From: Eledone cirrhosa
Lineage: Eukaryota
DNA: 64,000 nt
Direction of reading: 5' to 3'
Assembly (NCBI GenBank): GCA_964016885.1
Contig: OZ024740.1
Span: 267,902,001-267,966,000 of the forward strand
In this document: in pieces, positions 43,676 to 58,425 of the stretch
Position numbering within the stretch: position 1 is the stretch's first letter
Layout: the number at the start of each line of letters is the position of its first letter
Notes under the pieces: model-generated
Database searches by the model: none
What the model was told of the DNA's origin: nothing
Seen by the model: the letters and a program-made list of their open reading frames with translations, nothing else
Program-made: the position numbers and the translations under genes

Positions 43676-44175
43676 ACATTAAGAAGTCGATCTGCAGATC
43701 GACCCAAGGAAACTATGTTTCCATATACTGTTCCGATTGTGTTGTTATTTCTGTTTACGCTTTAAATACACACACACACACACACAAGGAAACTGTTACC
43801 ATTTGTTTTTCCATTAGTGATGCTATGTGCCGTTTGCAACTCCTGGCAGAAGAAGCAACGTGGGCAGAAACGCCTCTATCCACGGAAAAATGAATGTAAT
43901 TTACCCAGTTTTATGAAGTATTATTTCTAGTAATCGACTGTTATTACATTATTTATTCCGTTTGGGACACTCACATTTCAAATATCTTTATCAGAAAACA
44001 CAAGGTCATGTGACAACCACATTTGACAGGAAATGGTAATTTAATACATTCCACTCTACCTATCTCTCACTCAGTATTCAAAAGATGTTCAGTTGTCATG
44101 TAATAGCTATGTGTAGCAACCTAACTCTGTATCTATCTTCCAACAATAAATGAAATCACATCTATCTATCTATCA

Positions 44176-44410
44176 AGAAGAAGAGAGCAAAAGGAAGAAA
44201 GGAGCACTTGCACAACACGCTCCTGAAGTTGAGGGTTGTTCTATCGATGGGGTATTAAACAACCCATTTGTAACGCCTCCCCCCTATTGGGGATTTCGAT
44301 TGTTAAGTTTGTTTGTTTTAATAATATTTTTACACGATTGTATGTAAAATCCCGGCATGTGTCTTTGTATTGTCCCCTTTTCTTGTGCGCCCTTGTGGCA
44401 AATAAAGAAA
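44176..44410 (+). mobile_element. Tx1-like LINE 3' UTR fragment in (TATC)n
   Basis: Homologous to 18280-18510. TATCTATCTATCA on both sides. Confidence 0.82.
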
Positions 44411-44447
44411 TATATCTATCTATCACCATCTCCCCCCCCCCCTCTCC

Positions 44448-44491
<44 letters not shown>

Positions 44492-44831
44492 CAAAATAAA
44501 GATCCGAAGGTATGGCATAAATTTCCAATCATTTTAATCACGACACATGTTTCAATAAGAGAGAGATCGATCGTGCGGCCATGATCGATTATCACTGATC
44601 TCGTCAGGTGAAAATGAATTGTCTTCAAATCCTTGATATGAGGGAGAAAATTTAACGATGTTCACTCACTAGAGTTTTGTCCCCCATTTTGATACAAATA
44701 CTCCGTTTTACATCATCTAGCTGTTCCCATTAATGGAATTGCAGATATACAAAAGCGTGGAGAACTTAATATTGCTAACAAAAGTTTATTGGACCGTATG
44801 ACGCAACCAATAATACACCTTACTATATAAC

Positions 44832-44889
<58 letters not shown>

Positions 44890-45224
44890 TCAAGGTTTAG
44901 CAAATAAGAAAAAGTTTCAAAATAAATTTTAAAAAATTAACTGTACTCACTATGGTTACCTTTACCGAATCGGTTTCGAGTCTCAAAAATAAATGGACAG
45001 TCATTGCGGCCATCCATTGCAAAGATAAACTCTCGTCAGAAGGATCTTTACACTCGAAGAATATAAAATTCCCGAGTTCAAATTACGAACTGGCGCTATT
45101 CAAAATTGCTCCCGAGATGAGAATAAATGATGTGGAATCAATTCCGTCCAGTGCCGTGTGTAAAGATAGAAGCAAAGGCAGATAGTCTACTACCACTATA
45201 ACTAGCAGCAGTCAGAACGACCAA

Positions 45225-45286
<62 letters not shown>

Positions 45287-45378
45287 CTATTTAAAAGGTA
45301 AACAGAAAAAAACTACACAATCGGTACTGTATATGGAAGGGATATATTAGGTAAACGATTGAAATAGCAGGAAGAAGG

Positions 45379-45412
45379 TCTTAACGTTTCGGACGTTAGT
45401 CCTTCATCAGAA
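45379..45412 (-). ncRNA. Minimal hammerhead (ACGU stem III)
   Basis: UU-CUGAUGA-A GGAC uaac GUCC-GAAA-CG-UU-AAGA. Sister copy at 35609-35644(+). A similar minimal motif CUGAAGA-A GGGC uuau GCCC-GAAA-CG-UC lies at 2898-2930. Confidence 0.68.
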
Positions 45413-45610
45413 TCTATCTATCCACCAATTTACGCACCTGACTGTGTATATATTTACATACATTCCTCTCAATCTATTGGTCAGTCGGCTTGTCTACCTC
45501 TCTGTCTGACTGGCAATCAGTAGTTATCTATTTATATATATTTACCTTCGCACAAGATCAAAATAACAACAGAAAAGCCAAAATTCCAACAGCACTCTGA
45601 AGATAGATAG

Positions 45611-45959
45611 ATTTCTTTATTAGCCACAAGGGCGCAACAAGAACAAAGACATGCCGGGGATTTTACATACAGTCGTGTAAAAAATATAAAAACAAACAAT
45701 TTCAACAATCGAAATCCCCAATAGGGGGGAGGCGCCACAAATGGGTTGTTTAATACCCCGTCGATAGAACAACCCTCAACTCGAGGAGCGTGTTGTGCAA
45801 GTGCTCCTTTCTTCCTTTTGCTCTCTTCCTCAACCTACAGGCTTATAAACAGAGAAGGCCCAATCACTCGGGCCATTTTCGCTTCATTCACCCACCTTTC
45901 AGTAAATTTACTGGGGTGCAGTGCCTCTCTCTCCACCCTGATTCTCCTTCTAAAGTGAT
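45611..45959 (-). mobile_element. Tx1-like LINE 3' fragment with 18-bp target-site duplication
   Basis: Reverse complement of the 18185-18510 family. ACTCTGAAGATAGATAGA duplicated at both ends. Confidence 0.88.
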
Positions 45960-46882
45960 ACTCTGAAGATAGATAGAAAGAGAGATAGACATATATGTAG
46001 AAGAAAACCAGCATAATTTTGTGAATATGTCTTTGATAATAATTAAAGAAGATGTGGCAGAAACTTATTGTAATTGATTTAAATGTATGTAAACTAAAAT
46101 ACAGAGATTGCCGAAGCAATCGAAGATTCAAATAATTGTTTCTACTTTTTGGCACAAGGCCAGCAATTACCCAGTGCATTACTGGTACTCTATTTTATCG
46201 ACCCCGTAAGGATGAAAGGCAAAGTTAACCTCGGCGGGATTTGAACTCAGATCATAAAGGGACGTAACTATGCTGGAAAGCATGGCGTCCGACCCTCTAC
46301 CGATACTGCCAATCAAATAATGAAGAATAATTAAACTAAATATGTTCGCTTTAAACCGCATAATTTCTGTGGGTTTTTATTCTGTGAAACTGCAGTAAGG
46401 AATAATAAATTCGCTACGCAATATATATCTAGCTTGCTCAATATTAAATTTTACATTTTGGAAATTACTCATATGGGATTCCTTTATTTTAAGGGACTTT
46501 AATGTGATCTTCCCAATAGTTAATTCTGAGCCATCTTTGAGATGGATTAATATATATATATATCGAAGACACCCTTCGGTCACGAATGACCATGTGATTT
46601 GCACCCAGAAAGTTTCTCCCCGAAGCACAAGTCCGAGCAACGTTGCCCATGTATACCAACCTCCCCTCTCCATTGGGCTTGCAATTGAAAGGTGGTGAGT
46701 TAGATTCTCGGACCGGGTGATGCGAAGTGTCCTTGAGCAAGTCACTTTATTTCACTTTGTTCCAGTTTACTCAGCTATAGAAATGAGTTGCAACGTCACT
46801 GCTGCCAAGCTGTATCGGCCATAGCCTTTCCCTTGGACATCATTTATATATATAGTAATAATAAATGTGAAGACTAATATAT

Positions 46883-46925
<43 letters not shown>

Positions 46926-47146
46926 AACCCGTAGAGCAAATATTTATTAAAATAAAAGATAAAAGTTTAAGCAAAGAATCCCTACTTTCACCCTTAACGG
47001 GATCTTCTGGAATTCCCGTTAAGGGTGAAAGCAGTGATTCTTTGCTTAAACTTTAATCTGCTCTTATATATATATATTAATAGGGATAACTTGAACCGTT
47101 AAGGTATATTATCCTTGGTTATGTCAAATATTTATGAAACATTTTG

Positions 47147-47208
47147 TATTTTATCTGACGATAGCGTACCAAAATTGTTGGTACCCTTGAAATATATATA
47201 ATAGAATA
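47147..47208 (+). ncRNA. Type I hammerhead with (AU)n palindromic stem III
   Basis: UAUUUUAU-CUGACGA-U AG c GUACCAA..UUGGUAC c CU U-GAAA-UAUAUA-UA-AUAGAAUA. Relatives at 52450-52515 (intact core) and 52814-52875 (GAAA>CAAA). Confidence 0.75.
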
Positions 47209-47250
47209 AATATGGTTTTATAAATAATGTTTGCATTTATTTAATATCAA

Positions 47251-47327
<77 letters not shown>

Positions 47328-47435
47328 TATATATATATCTATATCTTGAGTACACCATTCTGTGTGGAGATCCTTGAAACCTCCGGCTTTACTTGATCTT
47401 CTCATTCTTGTTTTCCAGTCATTACCGTATTTTAA

Positions 47436-47920
47436 TCTTAACTATAATAAAGTAAGGAGTGCGGGACTGCGTCCAGAATATATTTTTTTACCCCGTTTGT
47501 GAAATAAGTTGGATTACTTTGAATAAATAATGAATGAATATTACATAATTTATTTACTAAATTTCGTGGCTGTTGATTAAATATGTTTTGTTTATTTAAA
47601 GATTCACTTCTTTAAAATTTCTGAAATGTCATCACTTCCGGTTGGCCATCGCCTAAATAAACATATTAATTTTCTGTCACTAATTTTCTCCTAATGCAAT
47701 TTATATATAATATCGTCTTTTTTAATGTATCATGGATTACGTTACTGATTACATAAGACAGCGTAACATAGACTTCGTTCAATTTCTATGTATTATATAT
47801 TGTCAATTAGGATTTTATTTGATGTATCATATCTACATGCATATATATACTTGCGTATAATATCAATATACACACTACACATGCTAGCAGAAAACCACCC
47901 GAGGGTGGTTTTTCTGCTAG
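47436..47920 (+). mobile_element. Non-autonomous Helitron
   Basis: A|TC start, subterminal hairpin AAAACCACCCGAGGGTGGTTTT, CTAG|T end, no TSD. A second copy lies at 30395-30813(-). Confidence 0.8.
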
Positions 47921-48249
47921 TTTGCATTAATGTAATTGCAATATTTTACTGACATATTTTCTCTAATCTTTTTCAAACATATATCTATTAAATTCCGATT
48001 AATTTGTTTGGCGTATGTATATATCTGTCTATCTTCGGACTGCAGTTGGGATTCCTGTTTTGTTGTTTTTATTGTTGTTCTTGTTCAAAGATAGATACAA
48101 TTATAAATATACAGAAATAGATAGCTCTAGAAAGACAGTAAAGGACACAGATAGACAGACAAGTAGGTTGATAGGTAGATAAATAAATCGATAGACATAT
48201 ATCCATACAGACAAATAGACAGACAGATAGACTAGCAGATAGATAGACA

Positions 48250-48357
<108 letters not shown>

Positions 48358-48665
48358 AACAAGTAAGACCCCGACGGCTGAGCTCAAGCCGTTTCGACGG
48401 CTAATTCTGTACAGCAGTACAGAATTCGGCTAATTCTGTACAGCAGTACAGAATTAGCCGTCGAAACGGCTTGAGCTCAGCCGTCGGGGTCTTACTTGTT
48501 CCTATTACCCACTCTACTACCCTAAGTATTGAGTACTATGGTGCGTTATGGTCCACCTGGTTCCTTACCACATTTCCTTCGTTATATATATATATATATA
48601 TATATCCTATGATAAACAGGCAAAACTCCATAGTAACAGGACTCTTTAGCCTTAACAAAATGTAA

Positions 48666-48737
<72 letters not shown>

Positions 48738-48883
48738 ATGTGTGTTCATTTTGTTAAGGCTAAAGAGTCCTGTTACTCTGGAGTTTCGCCTGTTTATCAT
48801 AGGATCATCTGACAAGAACTTCGGCATTGAGTACTCTTTTCTCTCACATACGAATACACACACCACACACACACACACACACA

Positions 48884-48981
<98 letters not shown>

Positions 48982-49302
48982 GTTAATACCAGGAAGCAAA
49001 TTTACACAGATTACGTTCAGGCTTGGAAGGAGTAGAGGAGGTTCCAACATTTCGGACAGAAAAAATGTGCGTGGCTTCTGTCTAACGTGGATCGGCTGTA
49101 CGATAGGGTTTATTCAAAATATTAACAAATGTTTCCTTAGTCTGGTGTGCATATTATTAATCCAAGAACCGCTTACCTAGGAACTGTCTTGAATCGGCCA
49201 CCCGAACACCGAACACTACAACTAGGGAAACTTGTTGTTGAGTCAAATAACACCGAACGTTATAACTATCCTCGATACAGAGTACTCATAACCTTTACTT
49301 GG

Positions 49303-49373
<71 letters not shown>

Positions 49374-50149
49374 GGAAAAAATGAAACCAAATTTCATTTC
49401 CCACACTTAGTACGGCTGTTACTTAAATAAAAGTATGTACACGTACATACATATATGTATACAGACGTACAGTAGTATATATATATATATATATACATAC
49501 ATGCACACATATATATGTACGTATGGATTCATCGAACTTTTATTATAATGCTCGGTGTGTTTGTAAACAAACATCCCGTATTAAGCCGTAGTGTCCAGCA
49601 ACCACCGTTGCTCGTTTGTTCAACACTGACAAAGGAACGCTGTACTAGTTTGAAGCTTATTAGCTATCGTCAGCAACGTATACCTTCCTGCCAGATTGTT
49701 GAACGTATATACTTACCTTATGTATATTAACGGCTGAGTAGCCCAATTTGCATATTGAGTGGGTTAATCGGCCGGGTGCACCGAAAACGATAAACGGAAA
49801 AAATGAAACCAAATTTCATTTCCCACTCAATATGCAAATTGGGCTACTCAGCCGTTAATATGCATAAGGTAAGTATATACGTTCAACAATCTGGCAGGAA
49901 GGTATACGTTGTTGACGATAGCTAATAAGCTTGAAACTAGTACAGCGTTCCTTTGTCAGTGTTGAACAAACGAGCAACGGTGGTTGCTGGACACTACGGC
50001 TTAATATGGGATGTTTGTTTACAAACACACCGAGCATTATAATAAAAGTTCGGTGAATCCATACGTACATATATATGTGTGCATGTATGTATATATATAT
50101 ATATATACTACTGTACGTCTGTATACATATATGTATGTACGTGTACATA

Positions 50150-50206
<57 letters not shown>

Positions 50207-51042
50207 CCACATATATTCATATACATATATATATATATATATTGCCAAATATACTATACATCCATTCATATATATATATATATAAATGGACGTATAGTAT
50301 ATTTGGCAATATACCGTATGTTTAATTAAAACCATTTAGAAGACCATACGCTATCAGTTTTAAAGTAGTGACTATGTCACTTACTTCTTTTCGGTGAAAG
50401 AAGGGAGAGAAGCTGACAGTTTCACGCTGGCTGGCGTTCATTAGAGTCATGTATGCCCCTGCTTTAGCAGAAAATTATAGAAGCTGGATTCTTATAGAAT
50501 TCCATTAATAATCAGAGGCTGAGTATACAGAGCAATTGCCGGTTCAGCAAAAATTAGGTATTAGGATTGGTGCTCTGAAATAGCGATGTATACATGAATG
50601 TATGTATAGTATATTTGGCAATATACCGTATGTTTAATTAAAAACATTTAGAAGACCATACGCTATCAGTTTTAAAGTAGTGACTATGTCACGTCTTTTT
50701 AGCGAAAGAAGGGAGAGAAGCTGACAATCTGTTTAAAACGTTGTGGTGTCGTTCATGGCTTTCCTAGAGCTATTAGTGATATTTAGGGTCGACTTGTCAA
50801 TCTTCTGGCTCTTTGGTAACAACCATATTATTCCTATGTGTGTTTAACTGTTGAATTAATTTAATTTGATTATTTTAACAAGCAAATAATCTCTATATAT
50901 ATATATAATGCCAATCATTGTAAGTTTGAATCTGACATACAAAAACGTATATATATGAATAAGATAGGCCCAAATCATAGTATATTCAAATATCACAGAG
51001 AGAAAGACAGAGAGAGGGGGTGGGGTGGAGAAGAGATAGATT

Positions 51043-51119
<77 letters not shown>

Positions 51120-51712
51120 GAGGTGCATCAGAAATAAAACATCGATTACAGGTTAAAATGTAGTCTAGATAGATGAGAAACAAAACGAGGATATAGTTTA
51201 TGGAACACCTAAATGATTTAGAAGTCAAATTTAAGTAGGAGCAATATTATTAAGAAACACATGAATTTTGAAAGTAGGTTTATAAGTATGAATTTTCATA
51301 AGATTTTGGTAGTTGTCTCTGTGGCCTATTAGTAGGTACGAGAGAGGGTGGAGACCCTGGCCTTGGGTTCAATCCTGGTAAAGATTTATTATTTTACATC
51401 CGATAGAAAAAAACTGAAAAGTTTGGCCGGGAACGCAACTCCCGACCAGGATCGAACTTCAGACCAAGGTCACCAACGTCTATGATCCATCCAACTAGGC
51501 CGTCGAGACAGCTACAAAAGGGCAATAAAAATTAATAATCAAAAACCTACTTTCAAAATTAAAGTTAAAAAGATGTGGTGTCGTTCATGGCTTTCCTAGA
51601 GCTATTAGTGATATTTAGGGTCGACTTGTCAATCTTCTGGCTCTTTGGTAACAACCTTATTATTCCTATGTGTGTTTAACTGTTGAATTAATTTAATTTG
51701 ATTATTTTAACA

Positions 51713-51776
<64 letters not shown>

Positions 51777-52023
51777 AAATGAAAATCCGAAGGCAAGGTA
51801 ACATTTCCAATCATTTTAATCACGACACATGTTTCAATAAGAGATAGATCGATCGTGAAGCCATGATCAATTATCACTGATCTCATCAGGTGAAAATGAA
51901 TTGTCTTCAAATTCTTGATATGAGGGAGAAAATTAGCAATGTTCACTCGCAGAGTTTATTCCCTCAGCGAGTGAACATTGCTAATTTTCTCCCTCATATC
52001 AAGAATTTGAAGACAATTCATTT

Positions 52024-52097
52024 TCACCTGATGAGGTCAGTGATAATTGATCATGGCTTCACGATCGATCTATCTCTTACTGAAACATGTGTCGTGA
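52024..52097 (+). ncRNA. Type I hammerhead with extended stem II
   Basis: UCAC-CUGAUGA-(47 nt, partly self-complementary)-GAAA-CAUGUG-UC-GUGA. Copies at 51820-51893(-) and 44538-44611(-). Confidence 0.72.
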
Positions 52098-52555
52098 TTA
52101 AAATGATTGGAAATTTTACCTTGCCTTCGGATTTTCATTTTGATACTAATACTCCGTTTTACACCATCTGGCTGTTCCCTTGAATGGAATTGGAGATATA
52201 CTAAATCGTGGAGAACTTAATATTGCTAACAAAGATTTATTGGACCATTTTGCACAACCAATAATACACCTTACTATATAACAACCATATAAATATATAT
52301 ATGTAGGAAAAGAATGACTTCACTTGTAGTTCTAAACAATTTGATTTAATTTTATATTATGATTTGGTAGATCAAGATCTACCTTTTTTTTAAATATACC
52401 TAACGGTGCCAAGGATCTCACATATTTTCCAGTATATATATATATATTGTATTTTGTCTGATGAAGGCATACCATATTTTTAATATGATATCCCTGAAAT
52501 ATATATAATGAAATAAATATGGTTTTATAAACATAGTTTCCATTTATTTAATATC

Positions 52556-52629
<74 letters not shown>

Positions 52630-52649
52630 GATATTAAATAAATGGAAAC

Positions 52650-52700
<51 letters not shown>

Positions 52701-53307
52701 TGCCTCAGCCGGATGGCTGGAACAGGTAAAAGAGTTTATATACAGGTAAAAGAGTTATTTAAGTTGGTTATTCAACATTTTTGGATATGTCACTATCTAT
52801 AAAAGAACTTTTGTATTTTATCTGATGAGCGCGTACCAAAAATGTTGGTACCCTTCAAATATATATAATAAAATAAATATGGTTTTATAAAGATAGTTTT
52901 CATTTATTAATAGATTGGCAGTGTCGGTAGAAGGTCGGATGCCATGCTTTGACGCATAGAGTTACGGCCCTTGCCACTCTGTGTTCAAATCCCGCCGAGG
53001 TTAACTTTGCTTTCCATCCTTACAGGGTCGATAAAATAAAGTACCAGTAATGCACTGGGCTATTGCTGGCCTTGTGCCAAAAGTAGAAACAATTAATATT
53101 ATTGATATATATATAGGGCGGTGGATTGGCAGTATCGGTGGAGGGTCGGACGCCATGCTTTCCAGCATAGTTACGTCCCTTTACGATCTGAGTTCAAATC
53201 CCGCCGAGGTTGACTTTGCCTTTCATCCTTATGGGGTCGATAAAATAAAGTACCAGTAATGCACTGGGTAATTGCTGGCCTTGTGCCTAAAGTAGAAACA
53301 ATTATTG

Positions 53308-53350
<43 letters not shown>

Positions 53351-53958
53351 AATATGTAGACAGCACTCTGACATAGAATTTTTGGGCGTATGAAATATAT
53401 GCAGAAATATTTTGTGCCAGGACAACAGCTGGAAAATATATCTGATTTTCTATTTAGCAATGTCGCCTACCAGGGTTCTGCTAATACATAGTTTCATTCA
53501 TCAAAATATCGAGTGGACAAGTGAACATGTTCCTCTACATTTACGTGTAACTCTGAGTAGCAGGGAAATAAGTCCTGAGCTGATTCCAAACACATCCGCA
53601 CAAACACACACACACACACACACACACATACGTACACACACACTCACACACGCATGTATTCATCTATGACCATTATACCCCACCTCCTCCTACTCCTCTC
53701 CTACCCACTAACCATCCTTTCTTCTACCCACACTACTTCCTTCTCCAGACCCCTAGCTTGTCCAGATGCATTTACCACTTTATGCTAACCCCCACCCACA
53801 CACACACACACACAGACTTTCTCCATCAGCCTAACTTACTACTATGATAAATTCACCAAAGCTCTACCAACTAGTGACCTATTTTTACGATCTGCTGCAT
53901 GGTTTGCTGAAAAAAAGACAAGCCGAAACCGTTTGGCACCACGGTCAAGATTTTACCT

Positions 53959-54151
<193 letters not shown>

Positions 54152-55567
54152 AATTTAAAAAAATATGATCAACACTGATGTGTTTTTTTTGCAAAATGAC
54201 AATAACTTTTTAGCCAGATAGAAATACCTTAATTCAAGTACATATAGTCCGCCTGTATCGATCTAGAAAATATTAAATATTAAATCTATACTTACAGACG
54301 TAAAATGGCAACTGCCTTGTGCCTAGACAAGTTTAACTTTCAAAATTCAAACCTTTTCAGCAGATCTGTCGCAAGCCTAATACATGTGCTTTTGCACACG
54401 ACCTTCTCAGCATTCTGGCTCATATCCATGGCGCTAGAAATAACAGCCGTAAATATGGGATTATGAATTCAGCTCTACCGAAGGAGCAGATTTATTTCAA
54501 TTTAGTAGTCAAATACAATTATTAAGCTCTAAGAAAATACTTCTGAGCATTACAGTTGCCATTTTACGTCTGTAAGTATAGATTTAATATTTAATATTTT
54601 CTAGATCGATACAGGCGGACTATATGTACTTGAATTAAGGTATTTCTATCTGGCTAAAAATTATTGTCATTTTGCAAAAAAAACACATTAGTGTTGATCA
54701 TATTTTTTTAAATTGTACTGTAATGCTCAGAAGTATTTTCTTAGAGCTTAATAATTGTATTTGACTACTATATATATATATACATACCTTCACATATATA
54801 TGCTGTTTTCAGAAATGATGAGATTTGTTTATTGAAAAAAACCAACAAAGATTTAATATAATAGGTCTTGCAATCATAGAATTAGAAGAACCTTCAAATA
54901 TCTTACACTTATATTTTACATATTATTGTAATTAGTTTTTTTAATTTAGTTAACCTATAATTAGTACTTTACTACAGAGAACTTCATAATTTTATTTCCC
55001 TCTTACAGCTCTCTTTTCCTAAAATTAATACCTAAAAGTATACATATAAATTAATTTAATTTCCTGCTATGAATCTAGATTCCTTGTAGTTTATATAAGA
55101 TTGGTATTTCTCACTACTACCCTTATCCCAAAATTTTATTTTCCTTCGTTTTTAACAACATTCTTTAATAATATCTAATTATTATTTATCACATCCATAC
55201 GAAGTAATATAAATTTATCCCAATAAGTATACCTATCAATTAATTTAATTTCTTGTTATAGATCTAGATTCCTTGTGGTTTAAATAAGATTGGTATTTCT
55301 CACTTACCCTAAAATTTTACTTTCCTTCGTTTTTAACACTATTCTATAATAACATCACATTTTCGTATACCCTTAACCGGCTTGACCTCTTTTCATCTCC
55401 AAAGTATTCTTTCATTTAAAGTATTCTTTCCGTTCAAAACATTTCTACTACTACTATTCTATCAACTTGACCTCTTACTACTTTTCTATTGGTCAATTCA
55501 AAACCTGTTCCCAAACAGACCTATTATATTAAATCTTTGTTGTTTTTTTTCAATAAACAAATCTCAT

Positions 55568-55688
55568 CATTTCTGAAGACAGCATATATATGTGAAGGTA
55601 TGTATATTTCCTCTGATAGTTTGTAATATTTTTACATGGATCTATATACATACCAACACATATATATCCTAGAAACGATCGTAAAATG
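55568..55688 (+). ncRNA. Type I hammerhead with ~92-nt stem II
   Basis: CAUUU-CUGAAGA-[AUAUAUAUGUG/CACAUAUAUAU and GGUAUGUAUA/UAUACAUACC helices]-GAAA-CGAUCG-UA-AAAUG. Confidence 0.8.
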
Positions 55689-55875
55689 CTGAATTTTTTA
55701 TATAAGGAACTTGTTCTTTGTTTTTATTCATTGTTTTTATTAATTTAGCTTGTCTCTGTTTTCCTATGATTTTCATCGAAAATTTTTGAATACATCTTTT
55801 CTTTTCATGATATTTGAATTACATTGAGTTCTTCATACGGATTGGACACTACCGTATATTTTGGTAGATTTATCT

Positions 55876-55956
<81 letters not shown>

Positions 55957-56175
55957 TATGCAGGAAGTTATAGTTCACTTAAAGCATTGTGTAATGAGGT
56001 ATAAACGTTTGTATATGTATAATAAAGCCAAAACAATGCAGGTATGGAATGCAAATGCAAAAGATATTGTTGACAATTAGTCTTTTACCTTAGATTTATT
56101 TAAATGTCCTTAATTTTCGAGATAATATCTCTTCTTCGGAGGGAAGTAAAGCGGTTAAACCAGTGTTCTAAATAG

Positions 56176-56316
<141 letters not shown>

Positions 56317-56472
56317 CGTGTGTGTGTATCCCGAGTTCAATCGGGGGTAACCACAGTAAGTAAGGTACTCAATACATAGCACAGTATAATATTTAATATA
56401 GAAATGGTTTCTACAGGACTAGAACTGTTTTATTCGAAGGATATCATCAGGAAAGCCCTGTTACACACACAG

Positions 56473-56520
<48 letters not shown>

Positions 56521-56651
56521 GTGAGTTTTTTTTTACAAAATGAAAAATAACCGAGGTGTCCTACACGAGTGGAAGTATAAAGAAAAAGGGATGAAATCGA
56601 AAATGCAACTGAAGTCTTATTATTTTAAAATATATATATATTTATTTGGTT

Positions 56652-56689
56652 CCTTTACCGGTTTCGCAGTTCTTCTGCTTTTCAAAAGG
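56652..56689 (-). ncRNA. Second copy of the U3-A8 minimal hammerhead in the inverted pLTR
   Basis: Exact reverse complement of 62015-62052. Confidence 0.8.
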
Positions 56690-57200
56690 TGAGTTGAGAT
56701 GGAGGGTCTGTGGTTTTTCTCACATCTGGTTGGTCTCTAAATGTTACTTGTTTTATATGGAAAAAGTGGCTCGAAAACCAGGTTTTTCGAGAAGTAATTT
56801 GATTGGTTTGTCAATAATTATAATAAATTTCGCGCCAGTTCGCGTTACAATAGTTCTTCAAATAAGAGAGGGGGGGGTTGTCACAGGTTGTTTTTTCATA
56901 TATGAGTGTTTGAATTTCTTTTTACTTGAAAAAATGAGGCTCACGAAGGCTTTTTTTTGGTTGGTTATAAATGAAATTTGGCTGTCACGTGAACAAGTTT
57001 TCATTACATTTTTGCGCCCTTATTTGGAAAACTATTCTGTAGTCTTTATAGTGAATGTTATGACAATGGAGAGATAGTGGTCAAGGGAAAAGGGATTGGG
57101 AGAAATGTTCTGGTTCAGTGAATATGTCCAGCTGTCAGAGTTCAGGTGTCAGAGTTCAGATTTTCTATTAAGACTGAAGATATGTGTTTATTTGTGTGCT

Positions 57201-57233
<33 letters not shown>

Positions 57234-57723
57234 ATGTGTGTATTGGAAGATGATTCTATTAGTAGAGATGGAGGAGGGAGTTGTGTGTGTGTGTATATGG
57301 GTGTTATGTGTGTGTGTGCGAGTATGTTAGATAGAGAGAATATATATTTTGTGTGTGTGTATATATATATGTGTGTAGGAAAGTGGTTCTATTAGTAGAA
57401 ATGGGGAGGGTGTTGTAGGTGTGGGGGTTGTTATGTGTGTGTATGGGTGTTATGTGTGTGGGAGTATGGTTAGCATGTTAAGATGAAGAGAATATATATA
57501 TATATATATATTGTGTGTGTGTGTATGTGTGTGTGTAGGAAAATGATTCCTTTAGTAGGAATATTTTTGAATGAACATATTTTCCTGACTTTTTCGTGTT
57601 TGCTGTTGTATTGCCAGTGCAAACGTATTTTTAAGGTTTATTTAGTTCGGGTTTTTATTTTCTAAAGTAGAAGGTGTTATGTGTGTGTGTGTATGTCATA
57701 TTGTGGTGTTGACATAATGTATA

Positions 57724-58405
57724 TTAAACCTTATTTAATGTTGGTCTATATTTTTGAATAAACATATTTTCCTTATTTATTCGCATTTGTTCTGTTGTAT
57801 TGTTAGCGCAAAGGTAAAATGGGAAGACTTGGAATTTGGGTGTCTTATTACTTGCGCAAATGTCTAGATATGCACTTAGTGGTATCTGTCTCGTGGTTGG
57901 ATCTCGTAATTGTTGGCGATGAACTGTCATTCTGTTTCTGAGTGTGAGTTTAGTTTGTCCTATATAATCTTCATTGCATCCTTTACATTTAATGGCATAA
58001 ATTAGATTTTTTGATGAGCAAGTGAAGTGATTTTTTACAGTAAAATTTTGTCCTGATTTAAATGTATACGTGTTGCCTTCAATGAGGTGAGTGCAGGTTC
58101 CACAATTAGAGCGACCACATTTTTTGATACTTGGTTGTGGGTTTGTGGTAGGTAATTTGGCATTGGTGAGTAATGTTTTCAGTGATTTTGGTTGTCTTTT
58201 GCTTTTGATTATTTTGTGTGTTTCAAGGGCTTTTTTCATTCTTGGGTTTTGTTTTAGTAGTGGGATGTTATTGTGAATAGTGTTGTAAGCTTCCGCATTT
58301 CTTGGGTTGTGTGATGAGATATATGATAGAATATTGGACGTACCTTGAATTTGTTTCTGTTTCCGTAATTCATCAATGCCTATTGCTTTAGCCCTTTCTA
58401 TTCCA
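57724..58405 (-). pseudogene. Inverted duplicate of the PLE C-terminal/GIY-YIG coding region
   Basis: Minus-strand 171-aa ORF (57724-58239) is identical to the C-terminus of the 756-aa ORF. Confidence 0.92.
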
Positions 58406-58425
58406 TTATTTATTAGTAATAGTAG

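Noticed and set aside
53116-53210. tRNA-like cloverleaf (GGCGG..CCGCC, A and B boxes)
   Set aside because: It is the head of SINE family 1 and always continues into the SINE core, so it is not a tRNA gene.
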